From an uncultured Bdellovibrionales bacterium (GTDB lineage: Bacteria; Patescibacteriota; Minisyncoccia; Moranbacterales; UBA2206), in the NCBI GenBank assembly GCA_964406815.1, contig CAYOTC010000002.1, forward strand, positions 7,906 to 71,905: DNA of 64,000 nucleotides, read 5' to 3'. The notes below the pieces were generated by a model. The model did not search any database, had not been told where the DNA came from, and saw only the letters and a list, made by a program, of their open reading frames with translations. The number at the start of each line of letters is the position of its first letter. The first letter of the stretch is position 1. The position numbers and the translations under genes are program-made. Below, one piece after another: positions 17,773 to 26,435 of the stretch.

Positions 17773-19401
17773 ATGAAAATACTTATTGATTTTTTTAAAA
17801 AAGCCATAGAGAAAAATGTGTCTTTGGAAAATGTTTTTTTTGGTTTTTTGAGCCTGATTTTTTTGCGAGTTTTTGTTGAAAAATTCCTGGCTGTTTCAAG
17901 AGAAACTGACATTTATTCAACTATTTTGGAATTTGTTCACAATGTGCTATTTTTTTCTATTATTTTTCTTATAGTCTGGATATTTTTAGCTTTTTTTCTC
18001 AAAATAAACCCAAAAGAAATGATAAATCTCTTTTTATGGGGTTCTTTCTTGATTATTTTTCCGCCAGTATTAGATATGATAAAAACCGGCGGGGAGGTAT
18101 ATTGGAGTTTTTATCTTTTGAGCAGTTTTGATGATTTAATTTCTCAATTCTTGAGTGTTTTTGGCCACCTGCCTTCCGGTATAATGTATTTTGGGACAAA
18201 GATAGTTTTCATTTTGGCAGTAATAATGTTGGCTATTTTTGTTTTATATAAGACAAAAAGTTTCATAAAAACAATTACTTCAGCTTTGGTTGTTTATATT
18301 CTGATTTTTTTTATGTGTGCGTTTCCAACGATTTTTTTCTTTGTTTATTCAATTGTTACGGGTGGGATGAGAATCGAGGATGTTCAAGGTTTCAATGTGG
18401 CTCAATTTTTTATAGGAAACTCAAAAATTTTTGGAATAGAAGCGGAAAATCTGAGTTATGCTTTTATTTATAGGTTGGATTTTGTTCTTTATCCGTTTCT
18501 GATTATTTTATTGACAGTGATTTTTTTAATGATTGATAAAAAAAAGGTCTATGCTGTCATCGGCAATTCTCGCTGGCCTCAAGTTTTATATCATTTCGGC
18601 TTATTTTTGGTAGGAATTGCCTTTGGAGTTTTTAAAAATCCGGAAAATTTCAGTTTGAATATGTTTTCTTTTTTTGCCATAGTCACACTTCTTTTGGGAA
18701 TTTTTTTCAGTTGGAAAGCTTCCGTAGTAGTCAATGATTTTTATGATCAAAAAACGGACGTTATTACCAATCCCAATCGTCCGCTTTCGGGAAAAACCAT
18801 TCCACCCGAAGAATATCGTTCTCTGGGCGTAATGTTTTTTATTCTAGCTCTTTTGGCGGGAATAATTGTCGGTTTTAAATTTTTTTTCATATTTTTTACA
18901 TATCAAACAGTAGCCTGGATTTATTCTGCTGAGCCTTTTAGACTCAAGCGTTTTCCGATTATTGCGACTTTGGTAAGTTCTTTTGCTTTGATTTTGATAT
19001 TTTTTATGGGATACATAATGCTTTGTCAGGATCAAACAACTAACAATATTCCATTTGGAATAATCATACTTATGGTTATCGCTTATACAATTTCCATTCC
19101 TCTTAAGGATTTTAAAGATATTGAAGGTGATAAAGCGGATGGAGTAAAAACTATTCCGGTTATTTTTGGTGAAAAAAATGGAAGAATAATAGTAGCTTCA
19201 GGGATTTTTATTTCTTTTGTTTTAAGTGTTTTTTTGCTTAATGAAAAAAAACTTTTCTTTTGGGCAGTTATTTTTGGGATTATTAACTATATTATTGTTG
19301 TTAGCAATAAAATAAAACCTCGTTTTTTGCTCTGGAGCATACTTGCCACGGCCTTTTTTTACGGATGTATATTGGTTTGGGTGGCAATTTTATCATTTTA
19401 G
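17773..19401 (+). CDS. UbiA-family prenyltransferase domain fused to an N-terminal ~300-aa polytopic membrane domain
   Basis: C-terminal half has both UbiA Asp-rich motifs, 'NDFYDQKTD' and 'DFKDIEGDKADG', within TM helices. The N-terminal half is an additional multi-TM domain. Confidence 0.55.
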   Translation: MKILIDFFKKAIEKNVSLENVFFGFLSLIFLRVFVEKFLAVSRETDIYSTILEFVHNVLFFSIIFLIVWIFLAFFLKINPKEMINLFLWGSFLIIFPPVLDMIKTGGEVYWSFYLLSSFDDLISQFLSVFGHLPSGIMYFGTKIVFILAVIMLAIFVLYKTKSFIKTITSALVVYILIFFMCAFPTIFFFVYSIVTGGMRIEDVQGFNVAQFFIGNSKIFGIEAENLSYAFIYRLDFVLYPFLIILLTVIFLMIDKKKVYAVIGNSRWPQVLYHFGLFLVGIAFGVFKNPENFSLNMFSFFAIVTLLLGIFFSWKASVVVNDFYDQKTDVITNPNRPLSGKTIPPEEYRSLGVMFFILALLAGIIVGFKFFFIFFTYQTVAWIYSAEPFRLKRFPIIATLVSSFALILIFFMGYIMLCQDQTTNNIPFGIIILMVIAYTISIPLKDFKDIEGDKADGVKTIPVIFGEKNGRIIVASGIFISFVLSVFLLNEKKLFFWAVIFGIINYIIVVSNKIKPRFLLWSILATAFFYGCILVWVAILSF

Positions 19402-20189
19402 GAAAATTCTTTAGTTAAAACCTTCCAATCCTCGACTGATAATTCTTGTGCTCTTATTTCTAGCTGAAAACCGTGTTTTTTTATTTTTTCTTCGACATAT
19501 TTTTTATTCAAATGGAAACTGGCAGAAAGATTGTTAATCAAAGTTTTTCTTTTGGAACTAAATCCGGCTCTGACAACGCGGAAAAATCTTTTAATCTCAT
19601 CTTTTCTTGGGAATTCGTTTTCAATGGTTATTCGAATAACAGCGCTATCAACTTCTGGTACTGGCCAGAAGGAGGATTTGTCGACATAAAAAAGTATTTC
19701 CGGTTTGGCATAATATTGGACTGATACAGCCAAAATACTCATATCCCCGGGTTTTCCACAGATTCTTTCAGCCACTTCTTTTTGAACCATCAAAATCATC
19801 TCATTGGGCCGGTATTTTGTTTCCAAAAATAGTTGGATTATTGATGAAGTTATATAATATGGTATATTTGCCACCAATTTATATTTTTTATCACCTATTT
19901 TATGCTTTTCTAAAACTTCAGGAAGATTTATCCCCATTATATCCCCATGGATTATTTCAAATTTTTTGCTTTCTTTAAAGCTTTTATTCAATTTTTCTGC
20001 TAAAATATCATCTTTTTCCACAGCTATCACATGACCAGCTTTTTTGGCCAGTTTTTCAGTTAATACTCCAGTTCCTGGCCCTATTTCCAAAACAAAATCA
20101 TCCGGTTTTAATTCGGCCGATTTGATTATCTTATCCAACACCTTTTCATCTTTCAGAAAATTTTGTCCGAGGGATTTTTTAGGTTGCAT
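19398..20189 (-). CDS. rsmA: 16S rRNA (adenine1518/1519-N6)-dimethyltransferase RsmA/KsgA
   Basis: 'LGQNFLKD', SAM motif 'VLEIGPGTGVLT', and family length of ~260 aa. Confidence 0.85.
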   Translation of the reverse strand: MQPKKSLGQNFLKDEKVLDKIIKSAELKPDDFVLEIGPGTGVLTEKLAKKAGHVIAVEKDDILAEKLNKSFKESKKFEIIHGDIMGINLPEVLEKHKIGDKKYKLVANIPYYITSSIIQLFLETKYRPNEMILMVQKEVAERICGKPGDMSILAVSVQYYAKPEILFYVDKSSFWPVPEVDSAVIRITIENEFPRKDEIKRFFRVVRAGFSSKRKTLINNLSASFHLNKKYVEEKIKKHGFQLEIRAQELSVEDWKVLTKEFS

Positions 20190-20199
20190 ATTTTTATTA

Positions 20200-21144
20200 T
20201 TAATTCAATATTTGTTCAACTTTTACTCCGATAACTCCGGCGCCTAAGGGTGCAAGTTTTTCAAAAGCGACTTTATCAAGGTCGATTATCCGGCCTTTGC
20301 CTTGCGGACCGTAGTCGTTAATCTGCACAACAATAGTTTTTCCGCTGGCTGTGGCAGTCACTTTTACATAAGCGCCCTTAGGAATGGTCGTTGAAGCGGC
20401 GAACATTCCGCCTTTCCAGGCATACCAAGTTCCCAGTCCTTTATTCGCTTTGCCAAGTTTCATATAAGTTCCCTGGGTTTCAACTTGAGTTACTGGATCT
20501 TTTATGATTTCCTGAGAAAGTTTTATACGCGAGATTTCTTTTCCATTTTTATAGGTTATCCTGTATTTAACTTCTTTAATCCCCTTTTCTCCTTGAGTTG
20601 TTATCTTTTTTTCCCGCCAACCCAACTCTGAGTCATTTTTAGTAGTTGTTTTAAAATCTATTTCTTCTTTTTTTATTACTTCTTCAACGTTTATCCGGGT
20701 AATGATTATCGTTTCGTTTTTTTGTAAAGATTTTTCCGTGCCAGGAGAAACCTTATCCAGTTTTCCTAGAATTAGGTTATTCTCTGCGATTATTTTTTCA
20801 ATATTCCTTTCCAGAGTGTGATTTTCGATGGTTTTTCCGTCAACTTCGATTTTTATTTCCATTGCCCTCCGGATTTCAATATTCATTCCGGGAAAAATTT
20901 TGGATTCAGGATTAGGAGATATTTTGTCGTGATTTCCTATTTTTATTCTATTTTCTTCGAGCAAATCTTTCAGGGCGTTTTTTTCTGATATTATTTCCGA
21001 TTGAAATCCATTATCATTAATATGGATTTTTTTTGGCTTATTGTTGAAATCAATTTTTTCCTTAGAATCGGAAAAAAATGCAAAAACCCTGAAAGCAGCA
21101 AAGAGTATTGCCAATAAAATTAGGAATTTCAATAATTTCCGCAT
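20200..21144 (-). CDS. YabE-like cell-wall protein: N-terminal TM, G5 domain, C-terminal 3D (RlpA/MltA-like DPBB) domain
   Basis: 'TQGEKGIKEVKYRITYKNGKEISRIKLSQ...VETQGT' (G5) and 'GTWYAWKGGMFAASTTIPKGAYVKVTATASGKTIVVQINDYGP' (3D domain). Confidence 0.55.
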   Translation of the reverse strand: MRKLLKFLILLAILFAAFRVFAFFSDSKEKIDFNNKPKKIHINDNGFQSEIISEKNALKDLLEENRIKIGNHDKISPNPESKIFPGMNIEIRRAMEIKIEVDGKTIENHTLERNIEKIIAENNLILGKLDKVSPGTEKSLQKNETIIITRINVEEVIKKEEIDFKTTTKNDSELGWREKKITTQGEKGIKEVKYRITYKNGKEISRIKLSQEIIKDPVTQVETQGTYMKLGKANKGLGTWYAWKGGMFAASTTIPKGAYVKVTATASGKTIVVQINDYGPQGKGRIIDLDKVAFEKLAPLGAGVIGVKVEQILN

Positions 21145-21226
21145 AATTATTCAATCGATTAGACTCAAGAATATTATAGCGGGAGCAGTAGTTTTTATCC
21201 AGTTAGTTCTAAAAAACATTTTACTT

Positions 21227-21391
21227 GCTTTCTTTGACAGCAAAGAAAGCGAATAGAAAGAAACTGTCGAACAGGCTCGCGCTGGCAGGATTATGACGAT
21301 TACTCACTAAAATTTACATTTCGCTTCGCTACATTTCAAAATTTTTGACGTTCGTAATCTGTAATCCGGAAACACGCTTCGCAAAGTTCGG
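21227..21391. repeat. Composite intergenic repeat, copy 1 (hairpin gctttctttg-acag-caaagaaagc ... acgcttcgcaaagttcgg)
   Basis: Shares the 5' 10-bp-stem hairpin and the 3' 'ACGCTTCGCAAAGTTCGG' end with the copies at 56524 and 58143. Contains a degenerate tgtc...caggattatgaca segment. Confidence 0.55.
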
Positions 21392-21426
21392 AAAAAACTA
21401 CCAATTACAAACTACCAGCTAATAAC

Positions 21427-22992
21427 TTATTCCGACTTGAAGCGATATTGAATTGATTCGGCGATGTGTTGCGGGAGGATATTGTCTGATCCGGATAAAT
21501 CGGCAATAGTTCGAGCGACTTTGATTATGCGAAAATAGGATCGGGCGCTTAAATGAAACCGGGAAACGGCATTTTTCATAAGTTCCAATGATCCGCCGTC
21601 TAGTGTACAGAATTTTTTTATTTCATCACTTTCCATCTCACTATTAGTGATTATTTTTGAATTTTGAAACCTTTTTTTCTGTATTTTTCTGGCTTTTTCT
21701 ACTCGATTTCTTATATTTTCCGAACTTTCCTCACGGCTCTCTTCGGACAATTTTTCAAATTTTACCCGTGGAACTTCTACGTGAAGATCGATGCGATCCA
21801 ATATCGGACCGGAAATTTTGGCTTGATAGCGAATAATGTTGGTCGGACTACAGGAGCATATTTTTTCCGGATCGGTAGCATTGCCGCAAGGACAAGGGTT
21901 CATCGCGGCAATAAGGGTAAATCTGGCAGGAAAATCTAATGTTCCTTGAGCACGGGAAACACTGATTTCTCCATTTTCCAATGGTTGCCTAAGATTTTCC
22001 AGAACGGAACGAGAAAATTCGGGGAATTCATCCAGAAAGAGTATACCGCGATGAGCGAGGCTAATTTCACCCGGGCGAGGAAACGTTCCCCCACCGACTA
22101 ATGAGACAGCTGAGGCGCTGTGGTGAGGCGAGCGAAAGGGTCTTTGAGTGATTAGTCCGGATTTTTTTTGCAATAATCCAGCAACAGAAAATATTTTTGT
22201 TACTTCAAGTGCTTCTTCGATAGTTAGTCTTGGAAGAATTGAAGTGAGCGTTTTAGCTAGGAGTGTTTTCCCGGAACCAGGAGGACCATTTAAAATTACA
22301 TTATGCGCTCCGGCAGCGGCAATTTCTAGGGCTCTTTTAGCGTGTTCTTGACCTTTGATATTTGCCATATCAAGAAAGTTTTTTTCTTGGGCGAAAAATT
22401 TTTCCAAATCGGGTTTGGGAGTGGGGGTAATTTTTGAAACTCCTTGGAGATGAGAAATTAATCCTTTTAGATTAGAAACCGGGATTATATCCAAATCACT
22501 TATGATTGAAGCTTCGGCGGCATTTTCTTCCGGCACATATATTTCTTTCAAGCCTTTTTCTTTGGCTAAGATTGCCATTGGCAGAACGCCTTTTATCGGA
22601 CGGATTTTCCCTTCCAAAGAAAGCTCTCCGATAAACATTTTATTCTTATAATCAAATTCAGTTTGTCCGGTTGTAAGAAGAAATCCTAAGGCCATAGGCA
22701 AATCATATATCGGACCTTCTTTTTTTATATCAGCCGGAGCAAGATTAACCGTTATTCTTCCGCAACGATGAGGTGGTACAAAACGGCTGTTTCTTATGGC
22801 TGCTCCAACCCGATCCTGGGATTCTTTTACCGCCATATCAGGCAATCCGACTATATTAAATCTATGAAGTCCGGCGGAAACAGCATCAACTTCAACTTCA
22901 ATAAGTTCGCTTTTTAGGCCGATTGTAGTGGCAGATAATACTTTAGAAGATGTGGACATTATGGTTAATTTGTGGATAAAAAAACAAAGCAC
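21427..22992 (-). CDS. comM: YifB/ComM family Mg-chelatase-like AAA+ ATPase
   Basis: Lon-like N-terminal domain, AAA+ Walker A 'NGPPGSGKTLLAK', Walker B 'GILFLDEFPEF', and the family C-terminal domain. Confidence 0.85.
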   Translation of the reverse strand: MLCFFIHKLTIMSTSSKVLSATTIGLKSELIEVEVDAVSAGLHRFNIVGLPDMAVKESQDRVGAAIRNSRFVPPHRCGRITVNLAPADIKKEGPIYDLPMALGFLLTTGQTEFDYKNKMFIGELSLEGKIRPIKGVLPMAILAKEKGLKEIYVPEENAAEASIISDLDIIPVSNLKGLISHLQGVSKITPTPKPDLEKFFAQEKNFLDMANIKGQEHAKRALEIAAAGAHNVILNGPPGSGKTLLAKTLTSILPRLTIEEALEVTKIFSVAGLLQKKSGLITQRPFRSPHHSASAVSLVGGGTFPRPGEISLAHRGILFLDEFPEFSRSVLENLRQPLENGEISVSRAQGTLDFPARFTLIAAMNPCPCGNATDPEKICSCSPTNIIRYQAKISGPILDRIDLHVEVPRVKFEKLSEESREESSENIRNRVEKARKIQKKRFQNSKIITNSEMESDEIKKFCTLDGGSLELMKNAVSRFHLSARSYFRIIKVARTIADLSGSDNILPQHIAESIQYRFKSE

Positions 22993-23026
22993 CGGACAAA
23001 TGGCTTAAATTAGGATTTATTTTGGT

Positions 23027-23449
23027 TTATTTATTTTTTATTTTATTTATTCGGAGGTTTTTTGGAAAAATATTTTTAGTTATCAACAGGATGGCTCCGG
23101 CGGAAATCAAAATATCAGCAATATTGAAAATCGGCCAAACCTTTATATCAATAAAATCTATAACACAACCAAAAAATAAACGATCAATAATGTTTGAAAA
23201 AGCGCCAGAAAGGATTAACAATAAGCTAAAAATAGTTAATTTCGATCGACTTTTGAATATTAACAGCACAATTGCTGTGATTATAATAATCCAAAGAAGG
23301 TAAAAAATTCCTAAACTCAGGTGTATTCCAAAAGAAATTCCAGAATTACAAATATAAAATCCGCCCGATGAGCGGATAATATATTTTGAAAGTTGGTCGA
23401 TGATAACCAATGCTGATACTGTAAGTGATTGTTTAAGGATTAAATTCAT
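23027..23449 (-). CDS. lspA: Lipoprotein signal peptidase II
   Basis: 4 TMs. 'NSGISFGI' and '[14 protein letters not shown]' correspond to the LspA catalytic-Asp motifs. Confidence 0.75.
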   Translation of the reverse strand: MNLILKQSLTVSALVIIDQLSKYIIRSSGGFYICNSGISFGIHLSLGIFYLLWIIIITAIVLLIFKSRSKLTIFSLLLILSGAFSNIIDRLFFGCVIDFIDIKVWPIFNIADILISAGAILLITKNIFPKNLRINKIKNK

Positions 23450-23465
23450 TTTTATGCAAAGCTAC

Positions 23466-23819
23466 TCAGCATTTTATGCAGGTTGTGGCGGCCGGATTGG
23501 CTTTTAGTCTGTCAATTTCAATTTCCTTTTGGCAGTTTTCACAGAAGCCATAAGCTCCCTTTTCCATCCGATCAAGAGCGGCAATTATTTCTTGAAGTCT
23601 TTTCTCTAGGGTGATCTCTACTGGAAGGTCATCAGTGTATTGATCAACTTCAGAAGCATTATCTTCCCGATCAGAACCAATTTCTTCAAAAGAAGTTTCA
23701 TAATCGCCAGCTTTCTGATTTATCGGTTTGGCAATTTTAGAAATATTTTCTTCTATTTCTTTTTTTTCCACAAGGAGCATGTTCTTGAGTTCATTCAGGT
23801 CTTTTTTGTCGATAGCCAT
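23466..23819 (-). CDS. DksA/TraR-family C4 zinc-finger protein (YteA-like)
   Basis: C-terminal 'CENCQKEIEIDRLKANPAATTCIKC' four-Cys finger with an N-terminal coiled-coil. Confidence 0.65.
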   Translation of the reverse strand: MAIDKKDLNELKNMLLVEKKEIEENISKIAKPINQKAGDYETSFEEIGSDREDNASEVDQYTDDLPVEITLEKRLQEIIAALDRMEKGAYGFCENCQKEIEIDRLKANPAATTCIKC

Positions 23820-23899
23820 ATTGTTTTCATTTAAAATTAAAAAGTTTTTATTATTAACTACAGCATCATTTTAACAGAAAGGTTTTTTTGTGTCTATTA

Positions 23900-24292
23900 T
23901 TACAAACAGATTATATGTTTAATTTCTGACTTTTCTGGAAAAGCTTCATCTATTAAGACAGAAATGGCATCAAATCGATAACCGCAATGGAAAAGCTTTT
24001 TTTGATTTAAATAGGCATTTGAAATACGTTCAAGTCTTCTGAGTTTCGGATAAGTTATATTTTCTTCCGGTAGGGTTTGACCATATTTGATCCGGTCACG
24101 AGTCTTAACTTCAACAAAAACGATGTCATCGCTCTTCAGGTCTTTGGCGATGATATCAATTTCCCCTAGTTGTCTTCCGGATGTATTAGAATAGTTCATT
24201 TCCAGGATTTTATATCCCTTGCTTTTGAGGTAGTTAGCCGCCAATTTCTCGCCAATATCGCCAATTTTTCTTTTAGAAGTTGGATTATTCAT
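23900..24292 (-). CDS. yraN: YraN-family (UPF0102) endonuclease-like protein
   Basis: 'GDIGEKLAANYLKSKGYKILEMNY...GEIDIIAKD...IVFVEVKTR' core. The track ORF extends to 24337, but the second Met fits family length better. Confidence 0.55.
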   Translation of the reverse strand: MNNPTSKRKIGDIGEKLAANYLKSKGYKILEMNYSNTSGRQLGEIDIIAKDLKSDDIVFVEVKTRDRIKYGQTLPEENITYPKLRRLERISNAYLNQKKLFHCGYRFDAISVLIDEAFPEKSEIKHIICL

Positions 24293-25107
24293 ATCAAAAT
24301 TATAGCTTAAAAAAGGAAAAAAGCAATAAAAAAACACCTTCCTGGTGCCATTAATCTTTTTTAAAAAAGTATGGAAACCAGGCGCCTCGTACGCCGAATA
24401 ATATATAAATTTGGCTTGAAGCGCCCGGCATTCGTCATGCTAACATACGACATTGAAACTTCTTAGCCTTCGGGTGAGGGAGGCATCAGTAGTTATTTTA
24501 TGCATATGTATTTTATGCACGACTTCGTTTTTTCTTATTTCTGACTTATAAGATTCTTATTCTACTATTCTCTGGTGATTACACCTTTGAATTTAAAGAA
24601 CTTTATTTTTTATTTGTTTTTATTTTTTAATAAAAAATATTTATTTTTGTTTTAGGGTCTCTGATGTCAGATATCAGAGCGATTGAAATGCATTGATTTC
24701 AATACTTGAACAGTAGAACGGTTTTCAATCGCAAATAGGGGGAAATTGCGATTGAAAGCTGTTCCACCGTTATAATTTCGAGTTTTTAATGTTCAGTAAT
24801 TCCATTATAGCAAAAAAAAAGGCAAAAGTCAATGTTTTAAGCGTTAAATTTTTAAAAACATCATTTTTTCTAGAATTTATTAGAAAAAAGTTTCTTTCTG
24901 AAAAATTTTGAAAAAAATATTATTTTTTCAAAAAATACAATTAAAATTTAAAATTATTTTTAAATATTTGCTAGGAAAAATTGAAAAAATTTTTATTGCC
25001 AACAAGTTATCCACAGATCTGTTTATTGAATAAAAAAACAAACAATTTTTCTAAAAGCATCTTTGTTTGTTTTTTTAATTTTCAATTTTGATTCTAGGTT
25101 TATTGGT

Positions 25108-26265
25108 TTATTGGTTGGTTGTTTCTGGTGTGTTTTGAGATGTTTCAATTTCTTCCAAATTTTTAGCGGGGAGAATTTCTTCTTTTGAAATAATATTTTC
25201 ATTTTCCGGCTTTGATAAACGGTCTATTATCGATCGCAGAGTGTCTTTAGATGTTCCAATAATAAGAAGATTGCCATAGGTTGTATAATCGATTGAAAGC
25301 GGTTCAGATGACTCGAGGTTTTGATAACGTATTTTGGCGCTTTTATATTCACTATTTCCAAATTCTTTACCAGAATTGAAATTTTCCGTAAACATTATAG
25401 GTTTCAATTCATTCGCTAAATTAATTTCTTCGTCGAGCATTATTTTTTCCATAGTTTCTCGATTTTTTGTTTCAATAGATAATCCTATCTTAGGAGTAGT
25501 GTCATTGAAAATAAAAATATTGAAATTATCGCCAAGATTAGAAATTACTGCAGGAGATAATCCTAATCCTATCTTTGATGCGAATTCACTAAAGGTTATG
25601 CGTTTGTTAGTGCTATCAGTAATTACAAATTCCAGGGCGTGTAAGTATTTTTCATCTCTCACGACATCCATAAATTTTTTAAGTTCTTTTTGGAGTTGGA
25701 GACTATCTATTGTTTCGAATTCAAGCTGTATATAATTTGGATTTTCTTGTGAATATGACAAGGTCGGAGCAATTTCTTCCGGCTCATTCGTTGTTTCCGG
25801 TATGTTTATGGTTTCTTCGGTGACTTTTTGCTTGTTTATTCCCCAAAAATAATAACCAAGAGATATGAGCGCAATAACAAGTACAGCAACTATTATGTAA
25901 AAAAAAGTATCGAATTTTTTTCCTGAAACAGATTGCGGATGTTCTATTGAAACTGTTGATGGAAGTTCGGAAGTTTCCGGAATGATGTTTTCAGGTCTTG
26001 TTGGCGAAGGAGTGTTCCCTATCGGATTATTCATAAAAGGGCTGGTTTTTTGTTTTGGAGTCAATTCCTCTTCCGGAGATTTTTCCTGGAGGTCATTTTG
26101 AAATGCGGTTTTCTTTAAAGAAGGATTTTTAAGAAACTCCAAATCTTCTTTCATCGTGTGGATTGGAATATCATTGATATTAAAATTTTTTTTCTGTGAA
26201 AGATTAAGCATTTTCGATGCTTCTTCTTGCAGGGAATCATTGGAAGTGTTTGGATTTTGTATCAT
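25108..26265 (-). CDS. Single-pass membrane protein with Pro/Thr-rich cytoplasmic N-terminus, hypothetical
   Basis: One TM (FYIIVAVLVIALISLGYYFWGI) and no known motif. Confidence 0.4.
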   Translation of the reverse strand: MIQNPNTSNDSLQEEASKMLNLSQKKNFNINDIPIHTMKEDLEFLKNPSLKKTAFQNDLQEKSPEEELTPKQKTSPFMNNPIGNTPSPTRPENIIPETSELPSTVSIEHPQSVSGKKFDTFFYIIVAVLVIALISLGYYFWGINKQKVTEETINIPETTNEPEEIAPTLSYSQENPNYIQLEFETIDSLQLQKELKKFMDVVRDEKYLHALEFVITDSTNKRITFSEFASKIGLGLSPAVISNLGDNFNIFIFNDTTPKIGLSIETKNRETMEKIMLDEEINLANELKPIMFTENFNSGKEFGNSEYKSAKIRYQNLESSEPLSIDYTTYGNLLIIGTSKDTLRSIIDRLSKPENENIISKEEILPAKNLEEIETSQNTPETTNQ

Positions 26266-26382
26266 TTTTTTTTAAAGCTCTAAAATTTTTAGAAGCTTGT
26301 GATTAAAATAAAAGAAAGATTGTTTTAATTGTTTATATTCTACAACAAAATTATTTTTTTGGCTACAGTCTTATTTGAAAAT

Positions 26383-26412
26383 CGGCGGTTTGCGACTTGT
26401 CGCAAACCGCCG
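26383..26412 (-). terminator. Intrinsic terminator downstream of cca
   Basis: cggcggtttgcgac-ttgt-cgcaaaccgccg perfect 13-bp stem, with a U-run on the minus strand. Confidence 0.5.
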
Positions 26413-26435
26413 AGCATTATAATCTGAGACAATTT

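Noticed and set aside
24338-25107. oriC call based on a perfect DnaA box (TTATCCACA) in an AT-rich region
   Set aside because: Only one box was found, with no dnaA/dnaN nearby. A second perfect box (TGTGGATAA, 22971) is isolated elsewhere. Insufficient evidence without GC-skew data; kept only as a low-interest note.
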